Below, in pieces: positions 29,503 to 42,676 of a DNA stretch of 64,000 nucleotides. Within the stretch, counting starts at the first letter, position 1. Each line of letters begins with the position of its first letter. A program made the position numbers and the translations under genes. Source of the DNA: Eledone cirrhosa (lineage: Eukaryota); NCBI GenBank assembly GCA_964016885.1, contig OZ024740.1, positions 177,630,001 to 177,694,000 of the forward strand, in the 5' to 3' direction. The notes below the pieces were generated by a model that saw only the letters and a list, made by a program, of their open reading frames with translations, ran no database searches and had not been told where the DNA came from.

Positions 29503-30149
29503 ACTATAATAAATAAAAACATTTAGTCTGGCGCATGGCAGTTTCCTACCACTCCCCAAACCATAATACCATGTCTTACATATTATTTTTATTGCTCAGT
29601 CTTTTGTCAATTTATTTTCTTTTTTATCATGGGTATACTTAGCTCGAAGTATTTTCCGATCAACAATAATCTCAAAGTTCTGTATGTAGCCTTAGAAACA
29701 TGTTTGTTTGCCTTTTATTGCTGATTTACTCTCTTAACATAAATTAGACAACCGACTGAATATAATCTTTCAAAAAGTAAAGTACATACACACAAACAAA
29801 CAAACACATACATACATACATACATGGTGGCTGCCAACTCGTTTTCGAGTACGGCCACTACTTTATATCCATGTAGGAGAACCCCTACCGATGCGCTGAA
29901 CGAGTGTGACTTTTTAGTCCAGCCAGCGACTTGAAAACTCTGGTACAAACACTACACTTGTGACAATTATTGACACATAGTGCTTTACCTTTGGTACCAT
30001 GTGACGACAAGTGCAGAGAGATCTCCAGATACAAAGCAATGCCTGTGCCGTGAAGCATTTATAGTGAGCAAAGGCACTGCACAAAGCCAGTCCCACTCTC
30101 TTAACCAAGATGATATTTACCAAAAAGAAGAACAAGTCAACATCATTGG

Positions 30150-30432
30150 ATACCATCAGGGTTGCAGGTGTTATAACAGAGTTTTCCTTCTCCTAGAATT
30201 CTGCCTTGACAAAGGCTAAGGGGTCATCTCTCCCAGTGATTTTGGATGGCCATTGACTCTTAAGAGCTCCTTTGCCCTTTGACAGGTTTTGTTTTTAGTC
30301 CTGCAGGATGTCCAAAGTCACCCTCCTCACCAAGAAACCTTGGTGGGGTTGCCAGTTTAGTCGCCAACGACCCGACCATGAGACAGGTTGTACTGGGATA
30401 CATGTTACCAGTAGCACCAAGTGGTGACCTGA
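30150..30432. repeat. Interspersed repeat, possibly a LINE (RTE-like) 5' UTR on the - strand; related copy at ~60490-60627
   Basis: ggttttgttttt...cagg.tgtccaa..tcac.ctcctc.ccaag...ggttgccagtttagtc.cc.acga.ccgacca is shared between the two loci. Confidence 0.55.
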
Positions 30433-30938
30433 CATAACATACATACATACATACATACATACATACATACATACATACATACATACATACATACATACAT
30501 ACATACATACGTATATACATACGTACGTACGTACGTATATAGATACATACGTACGTACGTATGTACATACATACGTACGTACGTACATGCATATATATAC
30601 ATACACATATGCACATGCATACACAAACACAAACACACACTTGCACATACACGCGTGCTCATATACATACATTTATACTCGCGTGCATGCACGCACACAC
30701 ATAGGGAGAGGGAGGGGAAGAGATATTCTGTTTTGTGTATTATGGAATAAACATTTAAATAGGGGTCATCAGGACTATCAGCCTACACCAAGCACATCGA
30801 CCTCAACACCTTTGCTGTGACTATCCTAAGACAAAGCAATACTGGAAACAACCCTACAGAATGTGGAGAACAGGAAACTCACAGGCCAAGACTTCGTGTC
30901 AGGGCTGTTTCCAATATGGCGTCGTCTATTTAATATTG

Positions 30939-31123
30939 TTTCTACTTTTGGCACAAGGCCAGCAATTATCCCAGTGTATTACTGGTATTTTATTTTATCG
31001 ACCCCGTAAGGATGAAAGGCAAAGTTAACCTCGGCGGGATTTGAACTCAGACCATAAAGGGCCGTAACTCTTTGCTGCAAAGCATATCGTCTGACCCTCT
31101 ACCGATACTGCCAATCCACCGCC
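30939..31123 (-). mobile_element. tRNA-derived SINE with ~13-bp TSD
   Basis: Conserved core; ctatttaatattg at 30926 and 31124. Confidence 0.92.
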
Positions 31124-32339
31124 CTATTTAATATTGCATGTATTCAACATGTTTGAAATAAACTTGATCTAGGTCTTCTATCTATACAACTTGCATGTTC
31201 AACACATTGTTTCATTCCCTTACAGTACTCCAGAAGCTCTCAACCTGGTGTATTTTACAGAGATTGATTTTCTACACTGAAGCTATGATAGACAGATTTG
31301 GTATCTCTGGAATTTAATACAATCAGCATTTGTCGTTTATATGATGTATTGGTTTTTGAGCAGTGTCTGTGAATTGCTATTTCAACTGATGTACTTTGAA
31401 GTTCAGCATTTTAATGATTCTCTTATATCTTTCTGATGCTGTATGAACTTGCTGTCATGTTGCATTTCATAATTATAAGGATCTGTGAGATACATCTTTG
31501 CAGGAATAAAACTATATTTTCTAAGTTGCGTGCTCACACTGGCTTGGGTTTCTTGATTATTTCTCGAATTCGTGGCTTTAGCTACTTGCGAGAGGCCAAC
31601 AATATCATAGCCGATATATGTATCAGAAGATTTATGGATTCGTATGTTGTTTTCATACCCCGAATTGTGTGGATTTTAGATAATTGCTTGTTATTTTATT
31701 TATTGCTTCCTGTTCTGTTTTAGAGGCTTTTTTAAAATATAATAGTAGTTTGTTACTGAAATTACGGTTTTGAAACTGCTGAAACAATCGTCCTACATCA
31801 CTTGTCAAGTGTTGACATGTTTTTAGTGCTCCTCTATTTGTACAGCAATGCCTTGAACTTCAGCTAAATTGTTGGTGATGTTTTTGGTTATTTCTAGGTT
31901 CAGTGGTCGTGACTGTCTATTTATCGCTGTTACTTTTGATTTGGTTATTGCATTGTCTGTTACTAGTAGTGAGAGACCTATGTTTCCTCTCTCCCCACCA
32001 TGTTCAAAGTGTCTCTCTTCATTGTTTACCAATAATCGATCAACTGGTTCAGTTATATGAGTCAATTTACTCATAATGATGTTTTACGTATTCATTTCGG
32101 TGTTGGGTGCTAAAGTCTAGCTCTGGTTGTTCCAAGTTCTATTATTTAGCTTTGCATAAAACCGAATCGTTTTCGCCTTACTTATATGCTTCATATAAAT
32201 CTTTGTTAAGGTGGTAGATCTTCAAATATATTATGATTTGGTCGAAGGAAATATATTTAATGTTGATAATTTTGTTTATTTGTATGTCATTTTTATTATA
32301 AACGATGTTATTCTATACAATATTCAACATATGATTGTC

Positions 32340-33560
32340 ACAATTATATTTATAGGTTGACCATAACCTGGGTATTATTTTCCTTCACAGTGTTATTAAT
32401 TCTACAACTATATTTAACCATGCTTAGCATTATGAGACAAGAGTTGCACCAGTCTATGCTAAACTGGTCATGGGATAATATGAATTGAAAATTTATAAAC
32501 AATACTCACAAATGTATGGGAATGATTTCAACTGTTGTATAAAAGAAAAGTAGAAATGATTCCTGGATTGATGTTTTATTTTACGGCGAAAACAGTCTTG
32601 ATAAACTGAACTTTCAAACTCCTCTCAATAATAAGTACCTAACATCCAATTCACCATGGAGTTAAATAATAGAAGATAAAACTTCTTAGGTATACTAATA
32701 ACAAGAATAATCATAAAAATAGAAACTGATACTTATTTCAAAGCTTTTTAAATCATTTGGCCCAAAGTACAACGAGTTTAACATTCCATTCAGTTTAGCT
32801 ATGGAACTACACAATCCCAACAACAAGAATCCACAAACTGGAAAAGATGAAACAATACTCATCAAGAGGTATATCCTATGAATTTAATCAATAACAGGAA
32901 ACAAAGAGCAAGACAAATTAAGCCCCAGTAACTCACAAAAGAAAAAAAAACATGATTAAACCATATATTTCGATTTTTAAAGCCCAAAATGCAAAAATAT
33001 ATATCCATATTCAAATGAACTTGCCGATTCCACTAAAGCCTCAAAAAGGATACACATCATACTGAAATACCAGATTTTAAACATTCAAAGGACAATATCA
33101 CTAAAAGAAAATATAGTGACGAATACCAACCACCATGCCATAATTGAATATTCTGAAGTTATTATTTGCATTCGATCAATCTGCCGATTAGGCAGTTACC
33201 TATTAAAATGTCTCTGAACTTTAATTCAAAATTAAAAACGCCTTTTTGCGCAACTTATTTAATTTAATATATATTATAACATGTAAAGTTGGCTATTAAA
33301 ACGATTTTCCTCAAATACGTGTAGAACTCCGATAAAGTATGACTATACACTGTCAACAAAATAGGAACCAATACACCAGAAAAATCTACCGATTCAACAT
33401 ACACAGATTTGCGCGGGACGAATCTTCACACATATGGACGTTTATCTATTATGTTAATGAAAACTACTTAACAAAAATAATCGTATCAATAAAGATATGT
33501 ATTTTATAACTAAATAGAAACCAAAATATAACTCGTTGTATGTCAGCTAAAATACTACGC
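32340..33560 (+). pseudogene. Highly decayed Penelope-like RT/EN remnant
   Basis: Short readable motifs: TRVAPVYAKLVMG (~32437), IQFTME (~32643) and NIPFSLA (~32781); heavily disrupted. Confidence 0.55.
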
Positions 33561-33599
33561 GAATCCCGTTCATATTGAAACTAGTTTTCTCCCTTGTCA

Positions 33600-36500
33600 T
33601 CTATATATATAAAACTGAGGATGCCTGTGTGTGTGTGTGTGAGTTTGAATCCTCAAAACTCGAAAAGCACCCAACCGATTGTTTTCAAACTTTACACATA
33701 TAATACTTATGTTTTGGGGAGTGTTCTGAGCAAAATTAAATTGAAATTTCAATGCCCTAGGGACCGCATTAGGCGATTTAGCGATCTATCTCTATAATTC
33801 TTAGTTTTTCTCTTTTTAAATACATACAAACATATAACGTCGCATCCTTATAATATCTATCTGTATGTCTGACTGTCTGCATTACGTCACTTCCCACAAT
33901 TCCATCTGCGTCCAGAACGCGCCCTTATAATATCTGTTTGTATGACTGGCTGTCTGCTGCCTCCGGTTATTTTGCCACCTTTGCTCAAGACAAATCTCAC
34001 ACTCATTCTCCAAACAGATGCTAAGTGCACACAACTTCTTCCTCACGTTTTAAGCCACAGTGTTGCTTACTTACGTACCACCAGACTCTTACTTCTTTGC
34101 CAGTCGTGGTTTTGGCAATACTAAGCTTAGCTAAGGCGGTTAAATATTTCACATAACACTAAAAATTAAAGCCGGTAAAGAAAAACATCGCTATAATAGC
34201 TTCAGTTTTCACAGTGTTGCTTACTTACGTGCCTTTACGAGAACAAAAGTTACTATTTTACCGCTTAGTATTGTAGAAAATCTCTCTATATATAAACCGA
34301 CTGTTTTCAAACTTTACACATGTAATACTTATGTTTCAGGGAGTGTTGTGAGCAAAAAGATTTTCAAATTTTCAATTCCCTAGTGACCGCATTAGGCGAT
34401 TTAGCGATAGATACATACATATAACGTTATTTTTTTGTGTAAATTTTATACTTTATAAGAATTATAAATGACTAGCAGACAAACCACCAACCCTCTGACA
34501 CCAGTTGCTCTGCCACCCCTGCTGAAGGCCAAATCTACCACTCATTCATCAGACATTTGGTAAGCACACACAGTTTCTCTCTCCAATTTTCACCTGATGC
34601 ACGTAGGCGCTAATGCCTACACTTTTTTACAGTGCTGCCCACAATCGTATAATTGACCTTTACTTCTTTTTTGGCCCCGGTTGTCGCAATGTTAAGCTTA
34701 CTGTTATCCCAATACCATGAGGGTAGTTAAGCAAGTTGCCTTGCCTTTAGGCCACATACCAGTAGACAAATCCATAGACACCTAATGCAAATCACTGACA
34801 GATTAGCCCTTGCTCTAAGAGTGAGTCTCACTGCCCTTCCTCCTAATTTTGGTTCATGCCTCGAACGAAGAGATACTCCATTGGACGAAAAACTGCAAAA
34901 GCTGCAATGTCAAGAGCAAGGCGGGCAAACGAATCATCAGAGGATTCTACTATCCGACGTCACAAGCTGTTGAACGTGGTGCCGTAAGAAGAGCACTCGA
35001 AACAGACGACCAACGAACCGCTCGCCGAACAACTATTGCCGTTTTGACTGCTACTGCAAGAGCTACAGAGAATGAAGACCAGCGTTGAAACCGCCATACC
35101 GCTAACGCGGCGTCAACGTCTGCTGCAAGAACTGCGGAGCCAGACCAACAGCGTAAACGTCGCCGAACCTCTGGTGCCGCGTCAACTTCTGCTTCACGGG
35201 CTGCGGAGAACGAAGAACAGCGCATTAGACGTCGGGCAACGGATGTTGCGAACACTGCTGCTGCTGCTCGAGTTTCCAAAACGGCGCAAGACCGCGATAA
35301 CCGTCTAGAAAGTAATGTCCAACGAAGAGCCCTTAGGCAAGGTATTTCAAAACCGCGCAGCTCACAATGGGCCTTCAAGGCTTTCGAGTACAGCCGCATC
35401 TTTCATTACGGCAGCCACCCAAACATGACAATTGGAAGTATGTCAAAAATGTGCTCATTTTGCAATGCTAAAAAGTGGTCGGGGGAACCACCTGGTATAT
35501 GCTGCTCAAACGGGAAGGTCAAATTGCACCCACTGGAGGACCCACCACAGCCACTGAAGACCCTCCTTTCAAAGCACTTTCTCAGTAATATCCGGAAGTA
35601 CAATTGCACCCTCCAGATGACATCTTTCGGGGAAAATGTTGTCAGTGAGGGTGGATTTATGCCCACATTTAAAGTATATCATAGAATCGGACCTCTCCAA
35701 CCTACTGCCAACGAAGATCCCCAGTTCTTCCAAATTTACTTCGTTGGGAATGTCAACGAACAGGTTGCATGCTGAACTCCATTTCACCTGGCACCAACCT
35801 TGACATTATCAGAAACCTACAAGTCATTTTGCACACATACAACAGCTATGTCATCAGCTTCAAGTACGCATTGGAAGCAGCTCCTGCATCAAATTTCAAT
35901 GTCGTAATTGATGCCTTGAAAAGACCTTCTGGCGAACATTCGGGCCGCTACAATTTACCTGCGTGCAACGAAATAGCTGTATTTCTTCACGGTTATCAGC
36001 ACAACCCTCAACATATTGTTCTACAGCGACGAGACAACCCCCTCCAACGTATAAGCGAAACGCACAGGTCTTATGACGCTCTTCAATATCCACTGCTGTT
36101 TGTGAAAGGAGAGGACGGCTACTGATATGGTATTCCTCAGGAATAAAACTGTTTCCTGCATGAGTTTTAACTCTTACCGCTTCATGATACGCCGCAAATC
36201 ATTCAACCACTTGCACCAATCAAGAGACCTCTTTCAGCAATTCGCCGTCGACATGTGTGCGAAAATGGAATCGGAAAGGTTGTGCTTCATCCAGTCACAC
36301 CAGAGGCAATTGCGGTCTGAGAGCTACATCCACCGCTGAGATGCCCTCATCAATGATGCAGCGCCAGCGTAGGAAAACTCTGTATCCTTCCATCCACTTT
36401 CACCGGAAGTCCGCGCTACATGCACGAGAGGACGCAAGATGCCATGACTTACGTTCAGCATTTGGCAGGCCCGACCTGTTCATCAATTTCACTTGCAATC

Positions 36501-39367
36501 CTAAGTGGAAGGAGATTGCTGCAGAACTGTTCCAAGGGCAATAGGCCAAAGACAGGCATGACCTCCTGGCCAGAGTATTTCGGCTGAAGCTTATCAACCT
36601 GATGGAGCACATCAAGAGAAGACAAGTCTTCGGATCAGTTATATGCGACATGTACACCGTCGAGTGGCAGAAGAGGGGCCTACCGCATGCCCATATCCTC
36701 ATCTGGCTGTCCGCAAGAATATCTCCAAACGACATTGACAAGGTCATCTCCGCTGAGCTTCCCGATCCGTCTGCGGCAAATACCTCTACGAAATAGTGAA
36801 GGCAAACATGGTCCATTGTCCATGTGGGCGGGGTTTCAATTTGAGCTCACCTTGCCTGAACAACAATGTCTGCAGCAAAAGGTTTACCCGAAAGTTTCTT
36901 AAAAAAACCCAGACTGGCGTGGACGGATACCCATTGTAGAGACGACGGCAACCCAGAAACGGTGGTTTCACAGCGACAGTTGGACAGCACGAGGTCGACA
37001 ACCGATGGATAGTGCCCTACTGCCCACTTCTTTCGAAGACCTTCGGTGCCAACATCAACGTGGAATTATGTAGCTCCGTCAAGTCCATCAAGTACATCTG
37101 CAACTACGTGAATAAGGGTTCAGACGCTACTATGTTCGGTCTACAGTAGGACAACAGCCGTGATGAGGTCTTGCAATACCAAGTTGGCCGTTACATCAGT
37201 AGCAACGAGGCTTTCTCGCGGACTTTTGGCTTCCCAATGCACCAAAGGCACCCTGCTATTGTACAGCTCGCGGTTCACCTTTAGAATGGTCGAAGGGTCT
37301 ACTTCACCGACGCTAATGCTGCCCAAATGATAGAGGACCCACGAGAAACAACCCTCACCGGGTTTTTTAAACTGTGTCGGACCGACTCTTTTGCACAGAC
37401 TCTGCTTTACCCCCAGGTGCCGTTCTACTACACTGGAATAAACAACAATGGGTGCGCAGAAAGGCAGGTCAATCTGTTGAAGGACACCCCGGCATAAAGT
37501 TTGACAGTTGCCTTGGGAGGGTTTATAGTGTGCACTCGAACCAGCACGAGTGCTTCTACCTTCGTCTTCTGCTGCAGGTGTTAGAGGACCCCAATCTTTT
37601 CAGGACCTCCGAAATTTTGACGGCTGCGTGTGCAGCACTTACAGGGAAGCTTGGCCTGCTGGAAGACGGTGCGCAGTGGGAAGCGACTTTGTTCGAAGCC
37701 TTTGCATTTCAATCGCCTATGCTTTTACGAGTCTATTTGCAGTAATGCTGCAGACTTGCGAACTAAGCAATCCTATGACTTTGTGGCTGCAGTTCAAAGA
37801 AGACTTATCCGAGGACTACAAACGCCGGGCGCAACTGCAGTACCCTCAAATGGAACGAACCAGCGATGAGGTCTTCAATTGTGCTTTGATTGACATTGAG
37901 GACAGAGTTGCATCACTCGGTGGAAATTATTTGCCGTCATATGGTCTGCCCCAAGCGCTCCGTACCGGGTCAAACGTACTTCCTACAGCTCTTCTTCAGG
38001 AAACATCCTACGACGTCGATGACCTTGCTAAGTGCGTCCGTGAAATTGAACCACAACTTCTTCCGGATCAACGTCATGTTTACACCATTGTTGCTTACCA
38101 TGTGCGCCAAAGAAAAGGAGGTATGTTCTTTCTGGATGCTCCTGGAGGGACGGGCAAAACATTTTTAACAAGGCTTCTCCTTGCAAAAGTCAGGATGCAC
38201 AATGATATTGCGGTTGCTGTGGCCTCTTCGGGGATTGCTGCAACTTTGCTGCCCAATGGCAGGACTACACACTCCACTTTTAAATTGCCCCTCAATTTAA
38301 CGAAGTCAGAAACACCCACTTGCAGCATCAGCAGGAATTCCGACCAAGACCAAGTCCTGAAATGGTGTCAACTCATTGTCTGGGATGAGTGCACCATGGC
38401 GCACAAAGAAGCTCTTGACGCATTGAACACAACCCTCCAGGATATCAGAGGCTACCAGTATCCGATGGAAGGTGTTACGCTTCTGCTTTCGGGTGACTTC
38501 AGGCAGACCCTCCCTGTAATTCCCAAAGGTACACGAACTGACGAGGTCCAAGCATGTCTGAAGTAATTTCCCCTTATGGCACATGTCAGAAACTGATTCT
38601 TACAACCAACATGAGGACTCAATTGCACGGTGACCAAACGTCCGCTGACTTTGCACGGGGCATTCTGAATCTTGGCAACGGCAACATGCCTCTTGATGCT
38701 GAAGGCGAACTGGAAGTGTGGCCATTTGCGACTTCTGTTAATTCTGCGGCAGAGCTCAAAGATAAACTGTTTCCGGAATTGAAACACCATTTCCAGGACT
38801 ACGCATGGTTGTACGAAAGAGCAGTGCTTGCTACAAAAAAACGCCACTGTTAACAATTTCAACGACCTACTACTGGATTCCCTTCCTGGTGCTCTTCGCA
38901 ACTACAAGTCTGTTGACACGGTGCCCGATCCAAATGAAGTGGTGAACTTTCCACCAAAATTCCTAAACTCTTTACAGCCTCCGGGACTACCGCCCCACAT
39001 GCTACACCTAAAAGTAGGTTAAACGTTTGTCCAGTTGCGTTTACTTACTAAGGTGCGGTGGACTCTTTCGAGAAGGCTCCACATACTGTCCGATTGCACG
39101 TCATGCTTTGCTCAAACATTGCATACTTCCCTCTGACATAAGTGGTGACATCTGTCCTGCTGACTCATGCCACTTTATTAAAGTACAAAAGCACCAAGCC
39201 GATTTTCTCCACGTGGAAATAGAAGCATACCTAATACTAATTGCATCAGAGTATTCGGTTTATTTTCTTTACATATTGTCGAGGCATGCAGTTTTTCCAC
39301 AATTAGTTCTGTTGGGGCCCACGTTCCAAAATAGCTTATCCCGGGCAACGCCGGGTACCACTGCTAG
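33600..39367 (+). mobile_element. Helitron with both canonical termini
   Basis: A|TC at 33599-33601; hairpin cccgg-gcaacg-ccggg at 39340-55; CTAG|T at 39364-68; no TSD; the 5' module is partly duplicated (~34285-34420). Confidence 0.92.
34790..39022 (+). pseudogene. Helitron RepHel pseudogene, helicase 3'-truncated
   Basis: 69-bp-period STPR-like repeats (34999-35290), CSFCNA..CCSNGKV, YDALQYPLLF, FINFTCNPKW, VEWQKRGLPHAH, VKSIKYICNYVNKG, DAPGGTGKT, WDECTM and GDFRQTLPV; ends at LPPHMLHLKVG. Confidence 0.95.
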
Positions 39368-40017
39368 TGACAACATAAACGCCGACAAGAATACATATAT
39401 TCACAACATTTAACGACACGTATTAAAGCATGACTCAAATACAACTCTAACCTTGAAAATGAAACTTGAAAATGAAACCAAATTAGAAAAACGTTAGTAT
39501 TTTTGCAACTCTACTTAATTTCTTTAAACAATAATATAATTTGTATAAACTAACTTCTTTTAGCAGTGTTCAGTAACTTGCATGTGGATATAAAGAAACA
39601 TTAGGTGCATTTTCAACTCTATATTATTATTTTTGTTATATAAATATATATGTATATATCTATATTTATATATATATATACATACATATATATATATATA
39701 TATAAATATAAATTCTGCGAGAATCACATTTCGGCGGGTAGAAAAAGCGAAACGAAACGCAAAATCACAGTTATGCTGGCAAGCGCTCCATAGTTAAAAA
39801 AAAACAGAGCTAAACATATGTTAAAACGCCATACAAACTGAAAAAGTGGTCAAGAAGACATTAACCACCTAAGCCAAAAAACAAGTCAAGCTAAACTGGT
39901 CAAACAAAATAAATGATAAAATCATATATATATATATACATATATAACTGAACTGAACCCATTGGAATTGATGGTAAAATCCAAATGCAGGGTTTCTATG
40001 ACACCTAAATCAATAAT

Positions 40018-40200
40018 TGTTTCTACTTTAGGCACAAGGCCAGCAATTACCCAGTACATTACTGGTACTTTATTTTATCGACCCCGTAAGGATGAAAGGC
40101 AAAGTTAACCTCGGCGGGATTTGAACTCAGACTGTAAAGGGACGTAACTATGCTAGAAAGCATGGCGTCCAACCCTCTACCGATACTGCCAATTCACCAC
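40018..40200 (-). mobile_element. tRNA-derived SINE with TSD
   Basis: Conserved core; ctaaatcaataat at 40005 and 40201. Confidence 0.92.
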
Positions 40201-40215
40201 CTAAATCAATAATAC

Positions 40216-40608
<393 letters not shown>

Positions 40609-41380
40609 GTCTGTGTGTATGTATGATATTTATGCATTTCCACATTTCTCTACCGATTTTGATGATTTTTTTCCAATGTGCTCCAAATTTACCAGGGCAG
40701 TCAACGCGTAATTATTTTTGCCAAATATTTCCTGCTTCTATGAAAAAAAAATCGATAAAACTAAATAAATGCTGTAACCCTCTCTCTTACACGCTTCATT
40801 TCTCTCACTACTACCATCAAAAATATATGAAACTAGATACATGTTGCAACTCTCTTTAAAAGGTTCATCCTTTCCTCTACTCCTCTCTCAATCTCCTCTG
40901 CAATTCTCTTTAAAAGGTTACTGCCTCCGTCTACTACTCTATCACCATTACAATTTAGAACAACGACAAAATTCTTTTGAAGGAACGCGACACAAACTTT
41001 GAAACCTAAGCAACACAACAACCATAGCTTTACTCTCTCCGTCGCTCTTCCCTCTCTCTACAATAGATTATTCCCCCTCTCTATAATTTAACTGCTTTAC
41101 TCTCTTCATGCTTCGAGGTTTAACACTACCTTCACTCTATCCGTCGCTCTTCTCTCTGTATATAATAGATCATTCCCCCTATTCGTTCGGGAACGCGAAA
41201 AAAACTTTGATAACTAAGCAACACATCATTTTATACAACAACAAACAGTCATAACGACACTCATACATCAAATATCAAAATTTAAAAAGCCGATAACACT
41301 AAATACATACTGCTCTCTCAACATTTTACATCAAATAACAAATATTCAAAAGCAACAGATAATTTATAAAACAACAAACA

Positions 41381-41643
41381 CTCTGTCGCTCTTCACTCCC
41401 TATATGACAACACTGCAGAGAGAGAAACAATGTATATGATCAAATGGAGCGTTCCGTATATTCCCCCTCTCTATAATTTAACTGCTTTACTCTCTCTGTC
41501 GCTCTTCACTCCCTATATGACAACACTGCACAGAGAGAAACAATGTATATGATCAAATGGAGCGTTCCGTATATTCCCCCTCTCTATAATTTAACTGCTT
41601 TACTCTCTCTGTCGTTCTTCACTCCCTATATGACAACACTGCA
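41381..41643 (+). repeat. 113-bp tandem repeat (~2.3 copies) upstream of a Helitron fragment
   Basis: ctctgtcg(c/t)tcttcactccctatatgacaacactgca starts at 41381, 41494 and 41607; sub-motifs also occur at 41025-41180. Confidence 0.85.
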
Positions 41644-41764
41644 GTGGAGCGTTCCGTATTGACATACGGCTTATCTGGGGCATTTTCAATCGGCTTATTG
41701 CAAATAACAACCCGCAAAATAACACTTCATATAACAGATTAATGCTATAGACATATGAATCGGA

Positions 41765-42676
41765 ATGTAACCCGTGAACCTTTTCCTGGGCAAAATTATT
41801 CGAACAGACATGACCTCATTGCCAGAGTGTTCAAACTGAAACTGGCTAAACTCATGGCTTTAATCAAAAAGGGTCAGGTATTTGGGGCTGTAAAATGTGA
41901 CATGTTCACCGTCTAATGGCAAAAACCAGGGCTGCCACATGCTCACATTTTGATTTGGTTAGCTGATAAAATCAATTCAAGTGCCATAGACAGCTTCATT
42001 TCGGCTGAAATCCCTAACGCAGCAACTGACCAGTAATTACATGACATCGTCAAAGGTAACATGATTCATGGTCCGTGTGCGTCGTGTCCTAATGGGCATC
42101 ACACGTGGCTGAAAGGGGGGTCGCGCAGTAAGAGATACCCCCAAAAATTTGTTGACCAGACTCCACAACAGTAAGGGGAGGTCAAGTCGACAATGGATGG
42201 GTGGTCCCTTACTGTCCGCTTCTCTTGAAGATGTTCAACGCCCACATCAACGTTGAGTTTTGCAACTCCGTCAAGTCGATAAAATACATATGCAAATATG
42301 TAAATAAGGGCTCTGATGCCTCAATGTTCGCATTTCAAGCTGAAAATAGCAGGGACGAGGTCACAGAATACCTGGCGGGGCGGTACATCAGTAGTAATGA
42401 AGCTTTTTGGCGCCTATTTGGTTTACCCCTACACCAACGTTATCCCGCCATCGTACAGCTTGCGGTGCATTTGGAAAATGGGCAAAGGATTTACTTTACG
42501 GACCAAACCGCCGCCAAGTTGGCCGCCGATCCGAAAGAGACCACTCTGACGGGTTTCTTCAAACTTTGCCAGTTCGATACATTTGCGCAAACAATTGTGT
42601 ACTCCCAGGTTCCATCCTACTTTATATGGTCGAAAAACACTTGGGTGCGAAGAAAGTCAGGTCAGACTTCTGAAAG
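41765..42676 (+). pseudogene. Helitron Rep-domain fragment, truncated by the inverted PLE arm
   Basis: RHDLIARVFKLKL, WQKPGLPHAHILIW, HGPC, VPYCPLLLKMFNAHINVEFCNSVKSIKYICKYVNKG and RYISSNEAFWR. Confidence 0.9.

Noticed and set aside
31130-32200. Possible LINE endonuclease remnant on the - strand
   Set aside because: Only vague similarity; no unambiguous motif could be read
41381-41643. Possible CRISPR-like array
   Set aside because: Whole 113-bp units are duplicated with no unique spacers; eukaryotic context and no cas genes
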